Source of the DNA: Tubiluchus corallicola | Taxonomy: Eukaryota > Animalia > Priapulida | Assembly (NCBI GenBank): GCA_030141605.1 | Contig: JAQGDQ010000152.1 | Coordinates: 372,001-436,000, forward strand | Direction: 5' to 3' | Length of the DNA stretch: 64,000 bases | Shown here: piece by piece, positions 40,138 to 64,000 of the stretch | Position numbering within the stretch: the stretch's first letter is position 1 | How the letters are laid out: every line of letters begins with the position of its first letter | The notes under the pieces: model-generated | The model's database searches: none | What the model saw: only the letters and a program-made list of their open reading frames with translations | Told to the model about the DNA's origin: nothing | Program-made: the position numbers and the translations under genes

Positions 40138-41400
40138 ATGAAGCACAGTGGGATGAAATGGAAAGGACAGAAAGAAACGGCATGTGCAATCTTAAACCAA
40201 ATGTGTTCAACAAGTTATTCAACAAGCACTATCACGATTATTAAGCTTTTAGCCCATAAAACAAGAATACATTATAAGCAATTGATGTTATTGCGAATGT
40301 TGTGGATCTCCAAAGAAGAAAGAGATGCAAAGAATGTATTTTTAGCAACATTGGAAAAAAATCCTGAAAGTTGGACTGAATAATCCAGTGGATTTTATAT
40401 AATTAAATCTAACCAAAAAACAGTCTATGAAATAACAAAATGGAAACTGAATGGGTCTGAAACGTCCTTTGCGTAAACTTCATGATGATACAATGGTACA
40501 CTTACTAGTGTGTGAGAAAGCTATAAGCATTATATTGTTTGAAGAAGACATGGTGGTAGTTTTAAAAACACTTGAAACAGAAAAATTAGTAATAATCAAT
40601 ACCAGAATACAGACAGTAATGAATGTTAGACAGAAAATGGGTTTAGAAATAAAAATTAAATAGAGTTTTGCACACAAAAATACACACCACGTGGGCCAAA
40701 CAATGTTCCTTGGAGGATGCAGCAAGCGCCATTTAAGGCTATCTGCACATATCGGAAATGAAAGATAATCGAAAAATTGTCTTAAGAAATGATATTACTT
40801 TACAGCAATTTTATACGTACATTGTACTTGCGTTGAGAGAATTTTTGTTTGTTTTCATTTTAAATCTCCTGCAATACTGTTCTGATGGTGCCATTACATG
40901 ACGTCATATATGCACAACATATATAATGAATGATTTTATATAATTAAATGCAACCAAAATCAGTCTATGAAATAACAAAATGAGAACTGAATGGGTCTGA
41001 AACGTCCTTTGCGTAAAATTCATGATGATACAATGATGCACTTACTAGTGTGTGAGAAAGCAATAAACATTACATTGTTTGAAGTGGACATGGCGGTAGT
41101 TTTAAAAACACTTGAAACAGAAAAATTAGTAATACTCAATACCAGAATACAAACAGTAATGAATGTTAGACAGAAAATGTGCTTAGAAATAAAAATTAAA
41201 TAGAATTTCGCACACAAAAACACGCACCACGTGGGCCAAGCAATGTTCCTTGGAGGACGCAGCAAGTGCCATTTAAGGCTACTGCGCATATCGGAAATGA
41301 AAGGAATTGATACTTGATCCAAAGTAACCAGAGTGAAACAAGAATCAAAGTTAAACTTTTTTGGAGTCTAGATTCAGTACATTGATGGCAGGCAACACGG
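40138..41400 (+). mobile_element. Probable decayed LINE 3' region, containing a tandem duplication
   Basis: Peptides RIHYKQLMLLRMLWISKEERDAKNVF and EKLVIINTRIQTVMNVRQK...IKIK*SFAHKN loosely resemble post-RT regions of invertebrate LINEs. Frames are broken by stops. Similarity judged by eye only. Confidence 0.4.
40389..41305. repeat. Direct duplication of ~375 bp (40389-40765 and 40930-41305)
   Basis: Two closely similar blocks 540 bp apart, running from 'gattttatataattaaat' to 'catatcggaaatgaaag'. Confidence 0.95.
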
Positions 41401-41589
41401 TACATATACAGTTATATATACAGTACATATAGTCCACGGATTCAAACATAAAGAATGACAAAGGACAAGATTTTATTATCGTTTAACAGACAACGTTAAC
41501 ATTAATTGCCATTTAGCAACTTACACATACAACACTACAGTTAAGGAATCATCAAACGAACGACGAATAAAGTATATGCCTTGGCTTTG

Positions 41590-41657
41590 GCAACTGCTAG
41601 TATCGAACCCAAGACTGCGTGGTTGCAGTGCAAAGTCTGAATTGCTGCTACTGTAGA
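41590..41657 (-). mobile_element. Possible tRNA-derived SINE head relic
   Basis: Minus strand has a B-box-like GGTTCGATACT after a partial tRNA-like segment, but no complete cloverleaf. A similar B-box relic (GGTTCGAATTC) lies near 4015-4030. Confidence 0.3.
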
Positions 41658-43421
41658 GAATAACTATAAATATGCTGGAAAATACTAAAAATAAGTGGAC
41701 GTTTTGTAATGATTTGTCACTTATTCCAGAAAATATATCATTGTTATACTTGCCTGATTACAAGAAATAAAAGTATTTTCAAATTATTTTGTTTGATCAA
41801 TGATAATACATGTACATAATATCAAATGTTTTACATGAAAGATTAAACATTTACACCTGATGACATTATTGTTGTTCTTCAACGAAGAAAGTCTGCCGCC
41901 ACACGAACTTGTTGTTAATGTAAAATTATGGTTGTTTTCACTACTTTTGCCAAAACTGTTTTCCAGTGTCTCGAAGTGAAAGCTCGGCATGAAAATTAAA
42001 ACTTTATTGTGAAATCTACCTGAACGATCATTTTGCATAGTGGTAAAGCTATAGAAAATAGGGAATAGACCCATAGCTATAGAAAAGGGCATGATCTATT
42101 TGCAGATAGAAAAGTACTTGTTCAAAGATACAGATACAAAATACAGATTCAGATACAGGTACGCTATTTACAGATACAAAAATCCAAAAAAAGCCACCTG
42201 CATGATACATTTAAAATACTTATATGAGTACTCACGTTCGATTTTAAACTGCCCAAGCTAAACTTTGTGAATACAGTATAATAACTAAGAGTTCCGTTAA
42301 CTATCAATTCTAAAAATGCTATTTTGTTCTCTAGAGTTGCTGTTGTATTTGGAAACCTTCTGCCGTGCAGTTCTGCACTGCACAGTATAGTGTTGAAGTT
42401 TGTATATTCTTATGTCATAGAACAAAATCAAATTTCAAATTTCAACAATTAGATGCTAACTACTTTGGAAGAGACTGCATGGTTTTTGTTAATTTTAAAA
42501 AGGCTCAGTTTTTCTTGAGGTTTTCCTCATGTTTGATCCATTTGTCTGTTCTTTTTCAACATGTACACATACATGTTCTCATTATATTTGATGTGTCTAA
42601 GTATGTTTTGTATCGCGTATTTACCATTTATGAGTGAACCTGTCGGGTTGTGTTGCACTTAGCCAGTTAAAGTGCACGAATAGCCATTGTGAGGTGGACT
42701 TCTGCATGTAGATTGACGTTTTGCATTCCCTCTGTTAATCTGTATTGCACAGATTTATACATTTGCACCTGTATGCTGTGCCCTGAGCTCCACCCCGATC
42801 TCTGTAAATCCGTCAAAACTTCAAGCTGTGCGAGGCATGCGCTACTACCACACTACCAAATAATGAAGAAAGGATTGATTCATAATTTTTGAGCAATGTA
42901 CTTTTGCAATAAAGTGGTCAGTACAATTGCCCGTTATTTTTGCACCCCAGCTACCCCGCTCCCTAGCAAATGAGGCATGCAATTCTTCCACACTACTTAA
43001 TAGTAAAAGCATGATATATTTGCAAAATTTGAACAATGCTTTGGCGATATCAATCGTTCTATTGTGCTCTTGCCTATATACTTTGTAATAGTATTTGTGC
43101 AACAGGACACTAATAAGTGTTCTACAGGGTGTTTTAGTATGTGATATTATACTTTTTGCTAGGAAGTACAAAAATAACGAGTAATAACAATTGAATTCAA
43201 TTTTATTGCCAGTCAGACCAATTAAGTTATATTTTGTGACCTTTTTAATAATGCCTAATGAAAATTCTTAGACTAATATTTTGACGAATCGTTCATAGTA
43301 GTGGATCTCTGTGTTCTTTGAGCATTCGTATTCCACCTGAGAGATCTGAGAATGCCTGATTACAAAGTCGCGCTTTAATAATAATTTTGGCTTTTATTTT
43401 AGGGGCAAATTTTCAAGGAAA

Positions 43422-58930
<15,509 letters not shown>

Positions 58931-60664
58931 TATTTTGTGTTAGAGTGGTGCATATCCTTCATGATTTAAATCTCCAACAAACAATGTCTGCCACTGGTTC
59001 TAATTTTGTTTTTTCATTTAATGGCGATATAAATTATCGTATTTGTTTGTACATCCAAACTGTCAATTAGGCACGAAATTTTCACCAAAACAGTCAAAGT
59101 CGTTTTTTTCACGTTTCATTGTTTGAAAAAATCGTCAAAAAGTATATAACCATGATAATGGTTATGACTCTTCTCGGTTGATGAAAAAAAGTAACATATA
59201 ATTTGCTTGCATGTATATAGTGCATAGTTGCTTTGGTGTCAATTATGTCCCTGGACAGTACTATTTATCAATAGCATTTATCAAAAATAATAATTAGTAC
59301 GAATCGAATTGCAAATATTTAAACATATTATTGCCAAATAACTTTGTCAATGTCAAACTTGTAACATTGATGTATTTTTTGTATCTTAACTTCGTAATCT
59401 TTTTAATTCAGTTTTTTTTATAAAAATTTCAAAGCTTGTGTCTAAAAATGAGTGGTGATATTTTTGAGCTTTCATAACACTGTAACTTTCATCTAATAAC
59501 TGTAAAAAGCCCTACTGTATTTTATAAATGTGTTGATCTCAGTATTAATATTGAGCTACTTAACAATTGAGTTAGGTGTTGAGTTTTTGTCATAATAAAT
59601 AGGAAATTATGAATAAACTTCGGCACGATGCATTATTTTTAATGTGTTCTTTGCTGAATTACCTGACTAGCCATGTTTGAGAATAATAGTACAAGATTAT
59701 TTCCCAAAAGTCGTGTCAGAACTTTACTGAGTAACGTATAAGCAGTGGCTCCATCTATGTTTCTTGCATCACTTTTTATTTGGACATTTTGAAGGAATAT
59801 TCAAGCAGATATATAAACATTTTGTGCTTATAATCAATATTGAGCCAAACATCTCAAACTTAAAACTATATACATATTTCAGCCAAACTTCAATTCAACT
59901 AAAATATGTATGGGTTAAGGTTATGCAGTAAACAAAACTGAAAATGCCTCAAGTGCAATAAGAGTAATAAGTAAAAAAATATAAGTAATCAGTAAACTCA
60001 CAATACCAACCCGGATCGGTTTTAAGTCAATTTGACAGATTTCTTCAAATTGGCTCTGCGCCAAGAAGGGCCTCGCTTTTACACGCTTGAGTCAAGAACA
60101 CTATGAACAGTTAATAGCGTCCAGAGTGCACGAAGTTTCTTGATACAGTGAAACCATGCAGTCTGATATCGTATATGTATGTTTCTATGTTTTTTACTGA
60201 TATGTTTGTTCTTTTGTTTTGTAATTTCAGTTTATCGTCTGTTTTTACAAGGTACATGCACAAACACTATGTCAGTAATTATCTTGACTTGTAACAAAAC
60301 ATTAAATATTTCATGCACATTTTCTATTGTTCTTACATATCATTGCGGCTAATGGTGGAGCCACAAACCCTCAACGCTTTTCCGGTTGCAAGTACTACAG
60401 GAAGCATAAAACATCAATTTTCAACTTTTGCAAGATAGAGAACACCACTAACAATTTTCTAATTGGGCCCCTCACTTCCTAGTACTGGCCCAGATACCAA
60501 CCCATATTGTAAGAATTATGTGCAAAAATAATTCTGTTTAACAGAAATGACAGTTACAGCCATACTAACATTAAATTGTGATTATAACTAAACACAATTT
60601 CAACAGGTAATGTTAGAATGAATAGCTTCTGAATTTATATAACAAACTATATCATAAGGTAGTA

Positions 60665-61367
60665 CAGTAAGTCCTCGCTTAACGCGTCCCCATTTAGCGA
60701 CGTTTCGTTTTAACGACGCCGAACATTTCACACCGTTTTTTTCACTTAACGACACTGTTTCATTTTAATGATGTTTTTTTTTTACTTTGGTCTAAGCCAA
60801 TTTTTATTTTATGAACAAGTTTTTTACCCAATTTGATGAATTAAAGCAGTACATATTGCATTATTCTGTTCTAAAAACGCACAAGTATAAACAGTGCAAT
60901 TATTACACAAGTAAATGTTTTTGCTTCCCGACTGACCACTAAATGCTAGCCATTTGGCGTTTGTATCATGCATGATCTAGGAGCAAACTTTATGCAAGGA
61001 ATTTTGCCTGCAAACTGTTGCTATAGCAACCAGACCAGATAAAATTACAAAGGTCAGCCAGGGCTTGGCTTTGACTATGCTGCAGGGTTACCGCTACCTA
61101 CACTTAAAGTTTAATGAAAGAGGAACCGCTAGCTATGTAAATATAGGTGGTTTCAAGCAAGCAGAAAGAAATTAATCAGTAGAAACACGAGTAAAGCTGA
61201 TAAAACTTTTAATTTATATGATTTAAGCAGCATTGAGTCTTGCCTCTGGAACGTATCTCAGCTCTTTTACATTACTTTCTATGGAAGTCAAGGCTTCATT
61301 TAACGACTTTTCGCTTAACGTCGCGTTTTGCTGGAACGCATTAGCATCGCTAAGCGAGGACTTATTG
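60665..61367. mobile_element. pogo/Tigger-like MITE, family C, full length
   Basis: ta|cagtaagtcctcgcttaacg ... cgctaagcgaggacttattg|ta. Relatives at 35008-35756 and 54615-54718. Confidence 0.9.
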
Positions 61368-62084
61368 TAATTTATTAAATCTATAGTGCACAGTTCATAT
61401 AGAGCAAGGTAATAATTACTGCAGCAAGTGATATGATGGAAATTTAACTGATGTGCCTGATAAAATTTTGCTGAAAGCTTAACACACAGTGAGAGCCCAT
61501 GACGTGTCCTAAAGCAAAAAAAAATGCGTAACGGGTGCAGTGAACTTTGGAACTGCTGCAGGAATATTGTGATTCATATATGCCTTCCCATGTATGTTTA
61601 CATATAAACTTGTAGTAAATGACAGTACCACATTCACAGTTTCTTAGTGATACTGACATCCAGCATCATTGTTGAGGCATTAAAGGTGAAATACAGCATA
61701 CTTTTACAAAAGAGCAGAAAGAAAATGCTCGAAGATTTTGTGATACTTTCAACTTGTTCTTGGTGTTTCATCTGAGAAGAAATCGGGTGTGAAGATGTCA
61801 TTTGATGAATTGAAGAAAGTCTGGAGCATGTTTTACTCGTTACATGATGCTAGCAAAATTCATGTATAATTACGCCAGTGTTTGCGTTTAGTTATCACGG
61901 GTCATATTTCACCGTGTTCACAAATTCAGCATCACAGAAACGATGCGGATATCCAAGGAAGCCATTGCTAGGACATTTATTTAACCCGCGATTTTCTGGA
62001 GTTTCATGAGCAAAACGACCAAAATGTTTGGGGAACTGTTTTAAAAGAAAAATATGACACGTAGAGTAGCAAACTTTAGCACAT

Positions 62085-63161
62085 TCACAAGCAACTCAAG
62101 TTATTACCCTTTCTTCGATTTGACAAATGAGCTTTGATGATCTCACTGTACAAGTTTCTACCAATCAGCTCATAACCCAGTGGCAGCAATCTCAACACGG
62201 TCTTTGTAAGATAATTCGAACCGTAACAAAACAGATCGAGGCCCAACTCTAGCCCCATTCCATAGTCACATTCATCGTTTGCAAACTGAACAAAGCTAAG
62301 CAGTTCTTGCAGAGGATCAAAAGATTTTATTCTATCATCATCGTTCTCGGCTTCGTCGATGGCCTTCAGCATTTTCTTCAAATCGGCATGACTTTCGGTC
62401 ACCTCTCTATAGCCGACATCGTTTGCATCAACGGGGACGACCAGACCCGCTCTGTGAAAAGTCTTACACACGACATCATCTTTCCAGCGCGCCTTCATTT
62501 CTTTCGTTTTCTTCTCCATGTTATAGCCTTTTCTTTTAGCCCAATCAGTGACTGCTTTATAGATCCTTTCAACGGACATCCTTTTCGAAGGTTCTAATCT
62601 CCCGCCTATCAGAGATGTCAGGTGCAATTTTACAGCTGCAAAGAGATTCTGGCCTTCCGGTTCTATTCTACAACCTTTGTCCGGATCATTTGAGGCCACA
62701 AACGCCGGCATCGCAGATGGGTCGTCTCTGAAGTAACCAAAATGAAGTCCGGAGTCGCTTAGAGACCTAAGAACTGTCTGAAACTCTGGCGGGTCATAGA
62801 AGAATCTCCAATGAAGAAAACTGTCTTCCTTTTGGAAACTTTTTCCTTCAGATTTGCCTGCTAAAATATCAAAAGGACCAACAAGCTGCAGAAAAGCAGA
62901 TTCTAAAGCGTCTTCTGGTTTATCATTCTTCAGTGACTTACAAAAGTCCCAAAAGTCGTAAAAGTCGGCCGGCATGTCCATACCGTAAATATCCTTGATT
63001 TTTTCTTTCGGTTCTTCACTTCCGGGTTTGAATCGCTTTTTTGCAGGCTCTTCAATTTCAGTTCTTGCCTCCTGTTCCTTGACGCTGTGATTGTACATGC
63101 TTCTATGCAGGGAATTCTTCTGGTAACACTTGGCACCATATTTGCACTCGGGTTTACTCAT
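62085..63161 (-). CDS. HPF1: Histone PARylation factor 1 with N-terminal PBZ zinc finger; single coding exon, 358 aa
   Basis: Uninterrupted ORF with HPF1 signatures MP.DFY.FW.FC, LVGPFDILAG, LHWRFFYDPPEFQT, HFGYFRD.P, KTFHRAGLVVPV, VGYRE and the catalytic FANDECDYGMGLELG. The N-terminal CKYGAKCYQKNSLHRSMYNH fits the PBZ consensus C-x-YG-x2-CY-x-KN-x2-H-x5-H. Confidence 0.96.
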   Translation of the reverse strand: MSKPECKYGAKCYQKNSLHRSMYNHSVKEQEARTEIEEPAKKRFKPGSEEPKEKIKDIYGMDMPADFYDFWDFCKSLKNDKPEDALESAFLQLVGPFDILAGKSEGKSFQKEDSFLHWRFFYDPPEFQTVLRSLSDSGLHFGYFRDDPSAMPAFVASNDPDKGCRIEPEGQNLFAAVKLHLTSLIGGRLEPSKRMSVERIYKAVTDWAKRKGYNMEKKTKEMKARWKDDVVCKTFHRAGLVVPVDANDVGYREVTESHADLKKMLKAIDEAENDDDRIKSFDPLQELLSFVQFANDECDYGMGLELGLDLFCYGSNYLTKTVLRLLPLGYELIGRNLYSEIIKAHLSNRRKGNNLSCL

Positions 63162-63387
63162 TGTTATTGGTAATTAAGACTTATGCACAGGTAAACAGCT
63201 TAAAGGTGAAATGCGGTAACTACAAGCACTTATTTTTGTGACGATCTTGCCGTGCTTACGGCAGCCATACTATGAACCATCTGAGCCACAGCCGAGGGTG
63301 CCACACTCATTCGTAACAGGTCCACCAAAGATCTAAAACATGACAAGTACACAATAAAATATGCAATAAAATATATTTTAATATATA

Positions 63388-64000
63388 CCGTATATACGTG
63401 TGTAAAAGTCAATGAGTATTTTAAGACCAAAAACTGCATCATTTTATATATTACCTGTGTACAAACCGACCATAAAATATTAAGATCTTCCAGAGTAAAT
63501 GATGTGTTAGTGTGTAAGATACCTGCAAGTGCCTGGGCCGAGTATATATATATATACACATGTATATATAGGGCCCTCAATGCAATCCATGATAATACAG
63601 CCTGACCTTTCATGGCGCATAATGGTTTGTAATGCCTTTAACTCTAGGATATCGTGGTCAGTTGCCGATTTCTCACATAAAACTAAAAACCCATAGCAGA
63701 AACGTCACAGTTTTATTCAGTAACATCATTGGCGATTTCCATGTTCTGATCGAGTGCTCCGTCGCTAGTTTATTTACCGATAATATATAAATTTTAACTT
63801 AATTTCACATACATTAAAATCAATTACAGTAATATTTCTTAATTTTGTGCAGTAATGTCAAGATGCGAACAATCTCTGATGTGAAGTATCACAGTATGAG
63901 TGTTCATTCAGTCCAGCGTATAATGAAGGATTATTTCTTTACATATTTGTATTGTAGACGACTCTTTAGCGACATCTCCCAAAAACATCTCGTTAAGTAT
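63388..64000. mobile_element. pogo-like MITE, family D copy 2 (inverted, runs off the right edge)
   Basis: ta|ccgtatatacgtgtgtaaaagtc. 63388-63505 and ~63730-64000 are reverse complements of the two arms of 24662-25277; the middle segment differs. Confidence 0.85.

Noticed and set aside
41590-41657. tRNA gene
   Set aside because: Only a B-box-like motif is present; no acceptor stem or complete cloverleaf can be drawn. Kept as a low-confidence SINE relic.
61650-62065. Coding-looking sequence downstream of HPF1
   Set aside because: The plus-strand frames examined are broken by stops and no family is recognisable. Most likely HPF1 3'UTR.

Overview
AT-rich eukaryotic genomic DNA from an animal, most likely a bilaterian invertebrate; the taxon cannot be fixed from this window. 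Five protein-coding genes were reconstructed by hand from GT-AG splice sites and recalled similarity to conserved families: (1) SMARCB1/SNF5, minus strand, first four coding exons, running off the left edge; (2) a PP1 catalytic subunit of the alpha/gamma type, plus strand, 7 exons, head-to-head with SMARCB1 with only 279 bp between the ATGs; (3) PHF12, minus strand, 17 exons; (4) PLBD2, plus strand, 13 exons; (5) HPF1, minus strand, one coding exon, with an N-terminal PBZ zinc finger. Introns and intergenic DNA hold many non-autonomous DNA transposons (hAT-type with 8-bp TSDs, pogo/Tigger-type with TA TSDs, Kolobok-like with TTAA TSDs), two decayed LINE fragments and several mini/microsatellites. 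The most notable unannotated signal is a set of Penelope-type minimal hammerhead ribozyme motifs inside short fold-back elements. One of them (25339-25388) has an intact catalytic core on the sense strand of the PHF12 pre-mRNA. Other leads: a perfect AG|GTAAGT recursive-splice-like site at SMARCB1 exon 3, a 10x60-bp hairpin minisatellite dense in AP-1/ARE motifs, and G-U-rich hairpins in the 7-kb PP1 intron 3. There is no prokaryotic system or CRISPR array. Most short ORFs in the supplied track are noise or exon fragments. No database searches were run.
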